58,850 bases of DNA from Bacillota bacterium (GCA_012841305.1 DUVA01000181.1:1-58850); one strand, 5' to 3'. Positions 1-10,495 are shown, counted from the first letter of the stretch. Notes: a model not told the origin generated them from the sequence alone. A program made the numbers and translations.

Positions 1-1
1 C

Positions 2-421
2 TACGACACCATGTGGGGCTCCACCAGGGAAATGGCTTTGGCTCTCCAGGATGGGCTTGAGGCGTGCGGTGTTCCTGTTACAGTGAAATCCTTACAGACG
101 AACCATATTTCGCAGATCGTCCCCTATCTCTTAACAGCAAAACTAGTGCTGGTAGGGTGTCCCACCATCAATAACGGGATGCTTCCGACAATGGCTGCTT
201 TTCTTACCTACATTAAAGGGCTACGACCCAAAAAGCGGGTAGGTTTTGCATTTGGCTCCTATGGATGGGGAGGCCAGGGAGCTCGGGAAGTTGCTTCTGT
301 TCTCAAGGATATGGGGTGGGACATGCCTGAGGAGACAGTGAACTTACAGTATGTACCCGGCGATGAAGACCTGGCCAACCTAAAAGAGATTGGAAGCAGG
401 CTAGCTAAGGTTCTTGAATAG
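2..421 (+). CDS. fprA: Flavodiiron protein (FprA type), C-terminal flavodoxin-like domain. The 5' end lies outside the window.
   Basis: The ORF is open to the window edge. Motifs [13 protein letters not shown] and FGSYGWGG are typical of the FMN module of A-type flavoproteins. An Hrb-like gene follows 13 nt downstream. Confidence 0.7.
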   Translation, partial: YDTMWGSTREMALALQDGLEACGVPVTVKSLQTNHISQIVPYLLTAKLVLVGCPTINNGMLPTMAAFLTYIKGLRPKKRVGFAFGSYGWGGQGAREVASVLKDMGWDMPEETVNLQYVPGDEDLANLKEIGSRLAKVLE

Positions 422-434
422 GAGGGATGGAAAC

Positions 435-1118
435 ATGGATCTAAAGGCACTGCACAGCATCAGCTATGGGCTGTATGTGATTACATCCAAAGATGGCGAC
501 AAGATCAATGGACAGGTTGCCAACACAGTTTTTCAGATATCCAATGATCCACCTACAATTGCTGTCAGTATCAATAAGAAGAATCTGACGAACGAATTCA
601 TTAAGAAAAGCGGGTCATTTGCCGTTTCTGTCCTGAGTCACGAAACCCCCCTTTCCCTGATCGGACAGTTTGGTTTTAAGTCAGGTAGAGATGTGGACAA
701 GTTCCGAGGTGTGAATTACCGAACAACCCCGAAAGGGTTGCCTTATCTCGTAGATAATGTATTGGCATCTATTGAAGCAAGAGTGGTTCAAACTGTAGAT
801 GCAGGGACACACAACATTTTTGTCGGAGAGATCACTTATGCAGAGGTCTTGAAACAGGGCAACCCAATGACTTATGCTTATTATCACCAGGTTAAGAGGG
901 GGAGCACTCCTCCGTCTGCTCCCACTTATGTCAAAGAGGAGGAAAGGAGGAACAGCATGGATATCTATGAATGCACAATTTGTGGCTATAAATACGACCC
1001 CGGAGAGGGAGATCCGGAAAACGACATCGAGCCGGGAACACCTTTCGAAGAACTGCCTGATGACTGGGTTTGTCCTGTCTGTGGTGCAGGCAAGGATGTG
1101 TTTGAGAAGGTCAGCTAA
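435..1118 (+). CDS. hrb: High-molecular-weight rubredoxin: flavin-reductase-like domain fused to a C-terminal rubredoxin
   Basis: GGAGGG RBS at 421-426 precedes the ATG at 435. The N-terminal part looks like a flavin reductase domain (LYVITS...NGQVANTV). The C-terminus has the rubredoxin knuckles CTICGY and CPVCGAGK. Confidence 0.8.
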   Translation: MDLKALHSISYGLYVITSKDGDKINGQVANTVFQISNDPPTIAVSINKKNLTNEFIKKSGSFAVSVLSHETPLSLIGQFGFKSGRDVDKFRGVNYRTTPKGLPYLVDNVLASIEARVVQTVDAGTHNIFVGEITYAEVLKQGNPMTYAYYHQVKRGSTPPSAPTYVKEEERRNSMDIYECTICGYKYDPGEGDPENDIEPGTPFEELPDDWVCPVCGAGKDVFEKVS

Positions 1119-1167
1119 GACACTATAAGCCACGGGAAGAGTAGCATAGTAAAGCTTGGATATGACG

Positions 1168-1200
1168 AAGGCGCCCTCATGAAGAGCGCCTTTTCTTATT
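1168..1200 (+). terminator. Candidate intrinsic terminator of the fprA-hrb unit, between convergent genes
   Basis: AAGGCGC-11 nt loop-GCGCCTT hairpin followed by TTTCTTATTT. Confidence 0.5.
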
Positions 1201-1204
1201 TCAT

Positions 1205-1753
1205 TCAGTCGTCTTCTTCCTGTCCATTCCACATGATTACGGATTGAATGAACTCGAAGGATATTTTGTGATACATCTCATCCTTCTGAATACATAGAAT
1301 CAGCTCACGAGCTCGTGGGTTCGGCGCCATCATAGCCAGCTCTGCATATTCGCCTATAGCGTGAACTTCGCCTTCAATTGCCATGGCAACCCCTCTGGCG
1401 AAGTTCTCAGACGGAGTAAAAGGCGGCTGCGGGCAAGGCGGCTGCGGTTCACCGGGACATCCAGGCGGCATAGGGGGTTGTGGTAGCCATGCACTCTCCA
1501 GTAAATCGTCATTCTCCATGGTCTTGCTTGGCCAGTCCCAACCGTCAGGATCCATTCCGTCCTCCGGTTCCATTTCCGGGCATAGACAACTCAACTGCCT
1601 CGCATGCCTTCGCTCTTCAGCGGCAAAGCACATGATTCTGGCACGAATAGCTACGTGGGGCGCACTCTGTGCAAGATTCGTATACATACGAGCAGCTTCG
1701 AGTTCGTCGGCGATGGCAGCTCTGACTGCCTCGCAGAATTCGTTCGTCGACAT
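1205..1753 (-). CDS. Ferritin-like/rubrerythrin-like di-iron four-helix-bundle protein with a Pro/Cys-rich internal linker
   Basis: AGGAGG RBS upstream of the ATG at 1753 (MSTNEF). There are two E...ExxH half-sites (ADELEAA...AAEERRH and IEGEVHA...KDEMYH). They are separated by a low-complexity PQPPMPPGCPGEPQPPCPQPP segment. Confidence 0.6.
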   Translation of the reverse strand: MSTNEFCEAVRAAIADELEAARMYTNLAQSAPHVAIRARIMCFAAEERRHARQLSCLCPEMEPEDGMDPDGWDWPSKTMENDDLLESAWLPQPPMPPGCPGEPQPPCPQPPFTPSENFARGVAMAIEGEVHAIGEYAELAMMAPNPRARELILCIQKDEMYHKISFEFIQSVIMWNGQEEDD

Positions 1754-1839
1754 AACACGATGCCTCCTTTCGGAGGCATAATATGCGGATAAGACATGCG
1801 TTGCCACGCCCTTGTTTGCAGTTTTTCGGGTGGTCGCGA

Positions 1840-1948
1840 GTTACTGAGAACTTCTCGATGGTTTTCGCTGGTTTTCCGAGGAATTGGGTGGCCCCGCACG
1901 GTACGTACACTTTCTGGAACCGGCGATGACCTATGGTGATCTACCTGG
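1840..1948 (+). repeat. Copy A (degenerate) of the ~106-bp palindromic intergenic repeat family
   Basis: Aligns with copies at 21302, 43587 and 56217: GTTTTCGCTGGTTTTCC-CCGAGGAATTGG-GTGGCCC-CGCACGGTACGTACACTTTCTGGAACCGGCGATGACCTATGGTGATCTACCTGG. The 5' arm has diverged. Confidence 0.8.
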
Positions 1949-1958
1949 ATTATGCGAT

Positions 1959-2624
1959 TCAGGCCACCATTTCTCCGACATCATCAGGGACTATTAGGCA
2001 CGCGCTTGTTTTGGCCAAGACCTCATCCACAGTCACGCCTGGTGCCACCTCTCTCAAAACAAGGCCTTCGGTGGTTGGCCTAATGACTGCCATGTCAGTG
2101 ACGATAAGATCTACCATGCGCTTGGCTGTGATAGGCAATGAGCACCTCGGCACGATTTTCGGTTCTCCGTCTCTTCTTATGTGTTCCATAGCAACTATGA
2201 CCCGCTTTGTGCCGACTACCAGATCCATTCCTCCACCTATGCCCGGCCCTCCCCGCCCCGGTATCCAGTAATTTGCCAGATAACCTCGTTCATCTACTTC
2301 AAGGGCACCCAGGACAGTGACGTCTATATGGCCGCCACGAATTATGATAAATGACATGGCAGTATCAAAGAAAGCTGCCCCCGGTACCAAAGTTACCCAT
2401 TGGCCTCCTGCATTTGTCAGGTCCGGGATTTCCTCGCCCGGTTTAGCCAATGCACCCATGCCTACAAAGCCGTTTTCTGACTGGAACGTAATGTTCATTT
2501 CAGGGCTAATGTAGTTGCTTACGAGAGTAGGGGTTCCTATTCCCAGGTTAACTATTTCCCCGTAGTTCAACTCCTTGGCTACGCGCCACGCTATGAGGTC
2601 CTTCGGTGAGCTTGGCAAAGTCAT
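1959..2624 (-). CDS. atoA: 3-oxoacid (butyryl-CoA:acetoacetate) CoA-transferase subunit B
   Basis: Full-length match by eye to the ScoB/AtoA family (ENGFVGMG, SFIIIRGGHIDVTVLGALEVD, GGMDLV). It is the last gene of the lysine-fermentation operon. Confidence 0.85.
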   Translation of the reverse strand: MTLPSSPKDLIAWRVAKELNYGEIVNLGIGTPTLVSNYISPEMNITFQSENGFVGMGALAKPGEEIPDLTNAGGQWVTLVPGAAFFDTAMSFIIIRGGHIDVTVLGALEVDERGYLANYWIPGRGGPGIGGGMDLVVGTKRVIVAMEHIRRDGEPKIVPRCSLPITAKRMVDLIVTDMAVIRPTTEGLVLREVAPGVTVDEVLAKTSACLIVPDDVGEMVA

Positions 2625-2627
2625 GAG

Positions 2628-3308
2628 TTATACCCCCTTTACAACAATATCCACGAAGATTCCAGGGGTCACGACGTGCTCGGGTTCAACCTCCCCGATG
2701 TCAACCAGATTCTCAACTTCTGCAATGACAAGGTCAGCTGCTGTAGCCATAATAGGGTTGAAGTTGCGAGCGGTCCTTCTATATACGAGATTGCCTGCAG
2801 TATCTCCTTTGAACGCATACAGGAGGGCTATGTCTGCACGAAGCGGAAGCTCCAAAAGATATGTATTGCCGTCAAGTTCCATGACTGTCTTACCTTCTTC
2901 GACGCTTGTCCCTACCCCTGTGGGTGTCAGAATTCCTCCGAGCCCGGCGCCGGCTGCTCTGATTCTCTCCACGAGAGTGCCCTGGGGAAGCAATTCCATT
3001 TCAATCTTTCCGTCAGCTACAGCCTTGACTAGCTCAGGGTTTGTCCCTGTGTGCGTAGATATCATTTTGCGCACCAGGCCACATCGAACAAGTTTCCCTA
3101 TGCCTACTCCTGGAAAGGCCCCGTCATTGTAGATAACTGTAAGGTCTCCTACTCTCCTCTCACAAATGGCGTCAATGAGGGCTTTGGGAGTCCCAACACC
3201 GAGAAATCCAGGCAGCATCACAGTCATTCCGTCCTGAATAAACTCCATCGCTTCCTGGACGGTCTTCACCTTGCTCAATCTACACACCTCCTCGGTGATT
3301 AATAGCAT
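2628..3308 (-). CDS. atoD: 3-oxoacid CoA-transferase subunit A
   Basis: AtoD/ScoA-like (DGMTVMLPGF, ELLPQGTLVERIRAAGAGLGG, ADIALLYAFKGD). It lies 3 nt upstream of atoA. The exact start is uncertain. Confidence 0.85.
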   Translation of the reverse strand: MLLITEEVCRLSKVKTVQEAMEFIQDGMTVMLPGFLGVGTPKALIDAICERRVGDLTVIYNDGAFPGVGIGKLVRCGLVRKMISTHTGTNPELVKAVADGKIEMELLPQGTLVERIRAAGAGLGGILTPTGVGTSVEEGKTVMELDGNTYLLELPLRADIALLYAFKGDTAGNLVYRRTARNFNPIMATAADLVIAEVENLVDIGEVEPEHVVTPGIFVDIVVKGV

Positions 3309-3463
3309 TCTATCTAGTGTTAAGTCTCTGAATAAATAGTAGTATACAACAAGATTCCGACAACTCCAGGCGCAGTTGCCCCTGGATATCAGGGCTTACT
3401 GCGTCTCATCCATAGTGCGCACTCCTGAGGCAATATGGCTTGCGCCTCGAGAAGTTCATGGGA

Positions 3464-4282
3464 TCACGATTTCTTGATCCCTAAAATCTCTCTTGCCTCA
3501 TCGGGAGTCGCCACTTCCCTCCCCACTTCCTTGGCAATACGTGCAATCCTAGCTACCAACTGCGCATTGCTTTCCGCCGGCACACCCTTGGAATAGTAGA
3601 TGTTGTCTTCGAAACCAACCCTTACATGTCCTCCGGACGCAATCGCGATTGTGCCGAGTTGAAGTTCATAGCGGCCGATACCCGCCACTTGCCAGATGGC
3701 ATCAGGAGGTATCTCGCGCGTCATGTGGATGAGATTATGGATTGACCCGGACATTCCTCCCGGGATCCCCATGACAAAGTCGAAATACAACGGAGGCGCT
3801 ACCAGTCCCTTTTTCACCAGGCGCATTGCATTTGCTACATGCCCAAGATCGAATATTTCAAGCTCAGGCTTGATGCCCAGCTCCATCATTCTTGCTGCGA
3901 GTTTTTCCATGAGCGGTTGAGGGTTTAGAAAGACGTCGTCTCCGAAGTTGACTGTCCCACATGTGAGCGTCGCCATTTCAGGCTTCAGATCAAGAGGAAG
4001 CAATCGCTCTTCAGGCGCTGTCCCTACTGCTCCCCCAGTGGAAATCTGCACTATTACATCGCTCATCTCACGGATCAAGTCACAAGTGTTTCGAAAGATG
4101 TCCATGTCCTGTGTGGGGTTTCCTTCTTTGTCTCTAACGTGAACATGAACTACCGATGCGCCGCTGTTTCTCGCTTCAAGGGCTGCCCGGGCTATCTCCT
4201 CCGGAGTTATGGGAAGGTTCGGATTATGTTCCCTCGTGGTCTCTGCGCCGGTCAGCGCTGCGGTAATTATGAGTTTGTCCAC
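3464..4282 (-). CDS. kce: 3-keto-5-aminohexanoate cleavage enzyme (BKACE/DUF849 family)
   Basis: KLIITAALTGAETTREHNPNLPITPEEIA...GASVVHVHVRDKEGNPTQD is characteristic of Kce. It sits in the lysine-fermentation context. Confidence 0.85.
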   Translation of the reverse strand: MDKLIITAALTGAETTREHNPNLPITPEEIARAALEARNSGASVVHVHVRDKEGNPTQDMDIFRNTCDLIREMSDVIVQISTGGAVGTAPEERLLPLDLKPEMATLTCGTVNFGDDVFLNPQPLMEKLAARMMELGIKPELEIFDLGHVANAMRLVKKGLVAPPLYFDFVMGIPGGMSGSIHNLIHMTREIPPDAIWQVAGIGRYELQLGTIAIASGGHVRVGFEDNIYYSKGVPAESNAQLVARIARIAKEVGREVATPDEAREILGIKKS

Positions 4283-4284
4283 AA

Positions 4285-4677
4285 TTATCCTCCTTTCTTG
4301 CCAGACTGCCTATCTTTGGGCACCACGCAGGTGCCACTGGCTCTCAGCACAAGTTGGGGCTCTGCCAGCACCTCTGCGCTGGCAGAGCCGGATGATGTGG
4401 ATGTTATCACCTTATGAACTGCAAATTCCATTTTCCTTGAGGTGCTCCCCACCTTCGTGATGGTTCCTTTGGCTTCCAAGAAATCACCTGCGTAAACCGG
4501 AGCCAGGAACTCCACGTTATCATATGCTCTGAACAGGCCTTCATCCCCGTCATGCCTTATGAGGAGCTCAGTGGCTACATCACCCAGAAGCTCAAGGATC
4601 TTCGCTCCGTCCACGATTCCTCCTCCGTAATGTGCGTCTTTCTCGCTCATTCTGACTCTTATCAGGGATTCGTTCAC
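4285..4677 (-). CDS. kal: 3-aminobutyryl-CoA ammonia-lyase (hot-dog fold)
   Basis: 130 aa with [27 protein letters not shown]...[12 protein letters not shown]...TSRKMEF. It overlaps the kamE stop by 4 nt. Confidence 0.8.
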   Translation of the reverse strand: MNESLIRVRMSEKDAHYGGGIVDGAKILELLGDVATELLIRHDGDEGLFRAYDNVEFLAPVYAGDFLEAKGTITKVGSTSRKMEFAVHKVITSTSSGSASAEVLAEPQLVLRASGTCVVPKDRQSGKKGG

Positions 4678-5450
4678 GGATACACCCCCTTTGTGTGCTC
4701 TTTCGAATTCCTTATTGTGCGCGCCAAGGCTTGTGCAATGAAGGAGCCTACATGAGAAGGCAGAGTGCCCGGGCCGAACCCGGCATCATAGCCGAGTTCA
4801 ATCGCCAGTTCATGAGATATTCTCGGACCGCCCATAATCAGCAATACCTTGTCGCGAATACCTTCTGCTTCCACCAATTCAGCCAGGTGAGTCAAATTGT
4901 CGATATGGATGTTTCTCTGGGTTACTACTTGAGACACCAAAAGCGCGTCTGCATTGACTTGGATAGCCTTTGCCAAAAGGTCTTCATTAGGCACTTGACT
5001 TCCCAGGTTATATGTGGTGAACCAGGGATAACGCTCAAGACCGTACTCTCCTCGATATCCCTTCATGTTAATTATCGCGTCAATTCCGACTGTATGGGCA
5101 TCAGTGCCGGTGCAAGCAGCTACCACCACGATTTTTCTGCCTATATGTTTTTCGATGAATCCGTTGATTTCCTGGTAGGACATGAAGTCTGCATCAACTT
5201 TGGGGATGTCAATCGCCGTCATGTCCACAGAATGGGTACATCTGCCGTATACCACAAAGAATGAGAAGTTATCAGCTATGTTATCAGAGTATACTACCTT
5301 GACATCTTCCAGTCCCATTTTCTCCCCGAGGAGCTCAGCTGCTTTTCTTGCTTCAGCATTACACTGAACCGGAAGTGTAAATGAAAGCTGCATGTATCCG
5401 TCATCAAGTGTATCTCCGTATGGCCTTACTCTTGTCATGTTCACTTCCAT
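4674..5450 (-). CDS. kamE: D-lysine/beta-lysine 5,6-aminomutase beta subunit (B12-binding)
   Basis: [20 protein letters not shown]-terminus and a Rossmann-like B12 domain ([15 protein letters not shown]). Its start overlaps the stop of kamD. Confidence 0.85.
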   Translation of the reverse strand: MEVNMTRVRPYGDTLDDGYMQLSFTLPVQCNAEARKAAELLGEKMGLEDVKVVYSDNIADNFSFFVVYGRCTHSVDMTAIDIPKVDADFMSYQEINGFIEKHIGRKIVVVAACTGTDAHTVGIDAIINMKGYRGEYGLERYPWFTTYNLGSQVPNEDLLAKAIQVNADALLVSQVVTQRNIHIDNLTHLAELVEAEGIRDKVLLIMGGPRISHELAIELGYDAGFGPGTLPSHVGSFIAQALARTIRNSKEHTKGVYP

Positions 5451-7063
5451 TACTCGGCCCCCCTTCCCTGCCCCTTGGCTGGATTACCCCAAAGCACAGG
5501 TGAAAAATCAGAGGAAGTAAGTTCCTGCATGAATATTCCAGGGAATGGGTTGTAATATCTCTCGCTTTTCCTTATCACGCCGTCCAGTCCCCTGCCGCCT
5601 GTGCGCTCTCTCTTGACAGACGCAAACATCCCGTCTTCGATAGCTGACATCAGGCTGATCTCAGCTACTTGCTCCAGCATAGAAGTGGCTTCTTTTAGCA
5701 CTTCATTTGCCCTCTTCTCCATGATCCCGCCTTTCTTGTATGTGATTTCCTCTCTCAGATGTCTTGCGTTGTCCATTATGTACTTGGCATTTTCTATTGC
5801 AAGGTACCTGTCCTGCAAATGCGGAGTGTGTACATGCTCAGTTAAGATTCCCAGAAGTTGTATGGTCTGGCCGGAGATGACTCCTGCAAGGTTAAACATT
5901 GCATCCATAAGGTGTCCCTTGAATATGTTGCCTGTCATATGCTTAGTCGGCGGCATGTACTTAAGCGGCGCCTCCGGAAAAATAATCCTTGCCATTTCAG
6001 CTTGAGCAAGCTCATAGAGGAACCCATCGGTCATGTCAGGGTCCATTTCATACGCATGTCCCAAGCCGATTTGCCAAGGAGTGAGTCCTGAGCGCCGTGC
6101 CAAGGCCTCATTTATGAATTGAGAAGCCAGTACAGTGTGGGCTTCCTCGTATGCGTCAGCGGTAGTTAAGTAATTATCTTCACCTGTGTTGATTATAACG
6201 CCTGCATAAGCATTGATCATCCTGGAGAAATGCTGGTCTACGAAGGTTCTTTGCATGTTTATGTTTCGGAACAGGATACCGTACATTGCATCGTTAAGCA
6301 TCATGTCAAGGCGCTCCAGTGCACCCATGGCTGCGATCTCAGGCATGCACAGTCCTGAGCAGTAGTTGACAAGACGTATGTAGCGTCCGCATTCCCTACC
6401 TACCGCATCCAAGGCCTCTCTCATTATTCTGAAGTTAGCTTGGGTTGCGTAGGTTCCGCCGAATCCTTCAGTTGTAGGGCCGTACGGCACATAATCCAGA
6501 AGGCTTTGACCTGTGCTGCGTATGACTGCAATTATATCAGCCCCACATTTCGCTGCAGCTTTCGCTTGAATCACATCTTCGTATATGTTTCCGGTGGCCA
6601 CAATTACGTAGAGGTAAGGAGGGGTGCCGGAATTGCTCCTTGCGATTAAACGCTCTCGCTGGAGCCTACGGCCTTTAATGTAAGAGCACACACGAGTTGC
6701 TTCATGTTCGATTACCCGTCTTACGGTATCATGGTCGGATCGGGGTATTCGGTCAAAACTAACCTCCTCACGGGCGAGGGCATTTGCAATCTCAGATAGC
6801 GACAAGCCTTGGTGAAGCATGGCTGAACCTATCCAGTAGGCTATACCGTCCTCCAGTAAGCCGGCAGCTTGAGCCTGATCAACAATGATGTTGGGCAATG
6901 GCACATCATTCTCATCTACGCCATTTATCCCCAGTAACCTGAGGACGGTTCTTTCAATGGATGTCGTCGTGTATGCTTCTATCGTCGGCTGAATGCCATC
7001 GGCAATCCTCCCTGCAGCAGATCTTGCTCTGTCCACGAAGGCCATGTCTATATCAAGTCTCAT
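5450..7063 (-). CDS. kamD: D-lysine/beta-lysine 5,6-aminomutase alpha subunit
   Basis: Long colinear similarity to KamD (LYVIVATGNIYEDVIQAKAAAKCGADIIAVIRSTGQSLLDYVPYG, NTGEDNYLTTADAYEEAHTVLASQFINE). Confidence 0.9.
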   Translation of the reverse strand: MRLDIDMAFVDRARSAAGRIADGIQPTIEAYTTTSIERTVLRLLGINGVDENDVPLPNIIVDQAQAAGLLEDGIAYWIGSAMLHQGLSLSEIANALAREEVSFDRIPRSDHDTVRRVIEHEATRVCSYIKGRRLQRERLIARSNSGTPPYLYVIVATGNIYEDVIQAKAAAKCGADIIAVIRSTGQSLLDYVPYGPTTEGFGGTYATQANFRIMREALDAVGRECGRYIRLVNYCSGLCMPEIAAMGALERLDMMLNDAMYGILFRNINMQRTFVDQHFSRMINAYAGVIINTGEDNYLTTADAYEEAHTVLASQFINEALARRSGLTPWQIGLGHAYEMDPDMTDGFLYELAQAEMARIIFPEAPLKYMPPTKHMTGNIFKGHLMDAMFNLAGVISGQTIQLLGILTEHVHTPHLQDRYLAIENAKYIMDNARHLREEITYKKGGIMEKRANEVLKEATSMLEQVAEISLMSAIEDGMFASVKRERTGGRGLDGVIRKSERYYNPFPGIFMQELTSSDFSPVLWGNPAKGQGRGAE

Positions 7064-8223
7064 TATGCAACACCGCCCCCTCCTGTCTCGTCTCCTGTTG
7101 TTTCGTGATAACCGGGTAGATTACGAGTCTTGCCGGCAACTACATCAACGACGGGAATATGCTTGATTGCCTTGGCTACTGCATCAAGCAGTGTTTCAGC
7201 ATCAAACATCCTGCCGTCAGGTGCAACCGGGCAAGTCGTTATGGCTTGAAGATGTATCTTGTGGAACACTCGAATTCTTCCGCCTCTCGACTTAAAGAGA
7301 GAAAGATCTCGATGGGTGGCAAGAATCCGCGTAGCGTCGCCTACAACTACTGTGGAACCGCGTGCCTTCCTGTTGGCTGCCAAATCCCTCATAAGATTCC
7401 CCGGAAGGGCCCCGCCCAGAATAATTGTGCTGCCCGGTCCGGGCAATTGCCTGATGATTTCAGCTGCGGATACAAGCACGCTTTTGACTTTCAGTTCCTC
7501 AACATGGTTGCCCATGGCGCCTGATGAGATTAGTACTACATCTTGGTTTGTTAAAGATTCCGGGTCGAATCTTTGTCTATGTGGATCTGACCATTGGGGA
7601 CAGGTGAGTATCTCAACTACTTGAGCTGTTCTGGATACTACTCCCTCTAATGTCGGTGCGACAACTGCCCCTGTGGATAGAATAGTAGTGTCAGCCAGGG
7701 ACGGAGCGGACGAGAATCTTCTCCCTGCAGCACCATCAATGACAATTAGCTCTGCTCCAAGGTGGCGCATGAGCTCTGTGACGCTCTTAACTACTGAGGC
7801 CTTGTTGCCGCTGGCAATTTCTATTGCGCCGGGAGAGTTGACTCTATAGATAATGAGCCTTCCCAAGACTGTTACATGTTTGGTCTTTATGAGAGGCTCC
7901 AAAGAAGCAGATGCGCTCATAGCGAGTTTTTCCGCTGTGGCGACAAGTGCCCCTCTTTGCACCTCAATTCTTGGCTTTGGAAGGCGCGTCACAGCATCCA
8001 GCTTCTCTCCGTCACGGCCGGAAGATGCGACTCCTATCCGCATTCCGACAGCGTGAGCCTGTTTGATTATGGCGTTTAGCGCAACGGTTTTCCCTGAATT
8101 CTTCGCAAGGCCTACAACTGCAATGTTATTTGCCCCGGAGAAAACCACCATGTCTATGGGGTTCTTTGTGTCATCGCGGCTTGGCGTGGCCGCGATCTTT
8201 GCGCTGGAGACACTTTGGTTCAA
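7063..8223 (-). CDS. P-loop NTPase embedded in the lysine cluster; possible aminomutase reactivase/chaperone
   Basis: Walker-A-like [12 protein letters not shown] start at 8223 is preceded by GGGGAGG with a 9-nt spacer. It overlaps the kamA 3' end by 53 nt and shares a base with the kamD start. The functional call rests on context only. Confidence 0.45.
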   Translation of the reverse strand: MNQSVSSAKIAATPSRDDTKNPIDMVVFSGANNIAVVGLAKNSGKTVALNAIIKQAHAVGMRIGVASSGRDGEKLDAVTRLPKPRIEVQRGALVATAEKLAMSASASLEPLIKTKHVTVLGRLIIYRVNSPGAIEIASGNKASVVKSVTELMRHLGAELIVIDGAAGRRFSSAPSLADTTILSTGAVVAPTLEGVVSRTAQVVEILTCPQWSDPHRQRFDPESLTNQDVVLISSGAMGNHVEELKVKSVLVSAAEIIRQLPGPGSTIILGGALPGNLMRDLAANRKARGSTVVVGDATRILATHRDLSLFKSRGGRIRVFHKIHLQAITTCPVAPDGRMFDAETLLDAVAKAIKHIPVVDVVAGKTRNLPGYHETTGDETGGGGVA

Positions 8224-9433
8224 TGCTTACAGCCTCCCCACGGAGAAGAGATGACACACCTATGGATGTCTTCTCTTTGCAATCGCAAATTGAGCAATTG
8301 CTGCACCATTCACTCTTGTAGTCGTCAGGCTCAGTGTAGACGCTAATCACGCCTTCATAATTCCTCAACGCGACTTTATTGTGGCTTTGAGAAATCAGAT
8401 ACGTGGGACTGACCGGGATCTTTCCTCCCCCTCCCGGTGCATCCACTACAAAGGTAGGTACTGCCAGGCCTGAAGTGTGCCCTCGCAAATGCTCAATGAT
8501 CTCTATTCCTTTTGACACCGGAGTTCTAAAAGACGCAAGCCCTACAGACAAGTCACACTGATAGATGTAATAAGGCCTTACTCGAGTCTTCAGTAAGCCT
8601 TGGACAAGCTTTTTCATGATATGCGGGCAATCATTGATTCCTCTTAGCAATACTGACTGGTTTCCCAGGGGAATTCCTGCGTCTGCAAGGAGTCCACATG
8701 CATGCCTTGATTCACTCGTAATCTCGTCAGGATGGTTGAAATGAGTGTTTATCCATAGAGGATGGTACTTTTTCAACATAGAGCAGAGGTCAGGTGTTAT
8801 CCTCTGAGGAAGCACCACCGGCGTCCTTGTCCCAATACGGATGATCTCCACATGTTCAATGGACCTAAGCGTGCTTAGAATGTATTCAAGGACATTATCT
8901 TCAAGGATGAGGGGATCTCCGCCTGATACAAGCACATCTCTGACTGTCCTGGTTTGCCGGATATAATCAATTGCCCTGTCTATGTCGTCTCGTGTCACAG
9001 GTTCGTCCTCATGCCCTGCCAGCCTTCGTCTGGTGCAGTGACGGCAGTACATGGAGCAGAAGTTGGTGACCAAAAAGAGGACTCTGTCGGGATATCTATG
9101 CGTGATGTACCGAACAGGCGAATCTTCATCTTCAGCCAGGGGATCCACCATATCATGGGCGGTTGTTATCAGCTCTTTGGCTGTAGGGACCCCTTGTCTC
9201 CTGATAGGGCATTTCGGATCATCAGGAGACATCAAGCTTAAGTAGTATGGTGTGATCGCCATACGAAATCGGGTAAGGCATTGCTCTATACCCTCTTCTT
9301 CATCAGCAGTCAAGTGAAGAGCGTCCTTAAGGGTGCGGACATCTCTTACTCTGTTTTGCACTTGCCAGTGCCAATCGTTCCATTGGCGCTCATCGACTTC
9401 TTTCCAGAGCGGGATCTCTCGGAAGTGCCTCAT
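8171..9433 (-). CDS. kamA: L-lysine 2,3-aminomutase (radical SAM)
   Basis: [12 protein letters not shown] radical-SAM cluster motif, and overall KamA-like sequence ([20 protein letters not shown]). Confidence 0.9.
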   Translation of the reverse strand: MRHFREIPLWKEVDERQWNDWHWQVQNRVRDVRTLKDALHLTADEEEGIEQCLTRFRMAITPYYLSLMSPDDPKCPIRRQGVPTAKELITTAHDMVDPLAEDEDSPVRYITHRYPDRVLFLVTNFCSMYCRHCTRRRLAGHEDEPVTRDDIDRAIDYIRQTRTVRDVLVSGGDPLILEDNVLEYILSTLRSIEHVEIIRIGTRTPVVLPQRITPDLCSMLKKYHPLWINTHFNHPDEITSESRHACGLLADAGIPLGNQSVLLRGINDCPHIMKKLVQGLLKTRVRPYYIYQCDLSVGLASFRTPVSKGIEIIEHLRGHTSGLAVPTFVVDAPGGGGKIPVSPTYLISQSHNKVALRNYEGVISVYTEPDDYKSEWCSNCSICDCKEKTSIGVSSLLRGEAVSIEPKCLQRKDRGHAKPR

Positions 9434-9457
9434 GTCAATGCCATCTCCTTCTTGTAG

Positions 9458-10495
9458 TTACGACACTGCCCACCTCTCGAGGAACATCTTCATGAGTACA
9501 GGGCTTTCTCTTAGCACCGAGAGAGCGATTTCTGCATGGCCTTTGGTGTAACCATTGCCGATAATCATGTTCACATCTTTTCCAATGCCTTCTGCGCCGA
9601 GGGCGCAAGATGTGAAGCTTGTAGCCATACTGAAGAAGTAGACAGTTCCTCCGTCCCTTGTAGCCATTATTGAAGCCATTTCAGTTCCGGGGATATTCAC
9701 ACAGTTGATGGTCACATCAGCTAAACGTCCTGAAGTCAGCTGACTCACTTTGTCATAGACTTCAAGGGGCTTTGTAGCATCCAGGGAGAAGGCATTATCT
9801 GCAAGGCCTGATTGAACTATGCGATCATGGCTTACCTGACTGTGCCCCATCCCCAGGACTTTGCCTGTGACTCCCGCTCTTTTCTTAGCTTCATAAAGAC
9901 ACAGAAGCCCTGACTTCCCACCTGCCCCGATAATCAGCACAGTGTCACCGGGTTTTACAAGTCTTGCGGTTTGCGCAGGCGCTCCTGCTACATCAAGCAC
10001 CGCAAGGGCAAGAGCAGGAGGCATGTCAGAGGGCAGCTTAGCGTAAATCCCGCTTTCAAACAGGATCGCTTGCCCTTTGATTCTTACTTGATCTTGGTCC
10101 TGGCGGATTTCAAGGATCTCCTGAATTACCAGGGGAGTGAGGGTGAGCGATACCAAGCTCGCTATTCTGTCACCTGGTTTTATGCTGATATCAGAAATAT
10201 CAGGCCCGATTGCTTTGACTGTGCCTATGAACATCCCTCCGGAGCCTGTTACAGGGTTATGATGTTTACCTCGCGAACCTACGATGTCTTTCATGATCCT
10301 TGCGATTTCTTCGTTATCGCCGTTGGCTTGTTTCTTGATTTGGGTGAAACTTGCAGCATCAATATTCAGAGTGTCGACATCTACAAGGATCTCATTGTCA
10401 TAAAGGTCCATTGTGTTATCAATGCGCCATGCAGCCTGAGGTAACGCACCTCTTGGCTCCAAAACCCTATGAGTTCCGTACTTGCATCCTTTCAT
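9458..10495 (-). CDS. kdd: L-erythro-3,5-diaminohexanoate dehydrogenase
   Basis: MKGCKYGTHRV...LNIDAASF...HNPVTGSGGMFIG is Kdd-like. GGGAGGG RBS lies 7 nt before the ATG at 10495. It is the first gene of the operon. Confidence 0.85.
   Translation of the reverse strand: MKGCKYGTHRVLEPRGALPQAAWRIDNTMDLYDNEILVDVDTLNIDAASFTQIKKQANGDNEEIARIMKDIVGSRGKHHNPVTGSGGMFIGTVKAIGPDISDISIKPGDRIASLVSLTLTPLVIQEILEIRQDQDQVRIKGQAILFESGIYAKLPSDMPPALALAVLDVAGAPAQTARLVKPGDTVLIIGAGGKSGLLCLYEAKKRAGVTGKVLGMGHSQVSHDRIVQSGLADNAFSLDATKPLEVYDKVSQLTSGRLADVTINCVNIPGTEMASIMATRDGGTVYFFSMATSFTSCALGAEGIGKDVNMIIGNGYTKGHAEIALSVLRESPVLMKMFLERWAVS

Noticed and set aside
1895-1930. Group II intron domain V-like string (GGTACGTAC...TTTC...GGAACCGG) in each core repeat
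   Set aside because: The arms do not pair in the DV manner on either strand. There is no GUGYG 5' end, no AGC triad context, and no reverse-transcriptase ORF. The whole unit is only about 106 nt.
8171-8223. The 53-nt overlap between kamA and the P-loop gene as a sign of frameshift or pseudogene
   Set aside because: Both frames are intact. The downstream gene has its own GGGGAGG RBS and TTG start. The kamA C-terminal tail is simply long.
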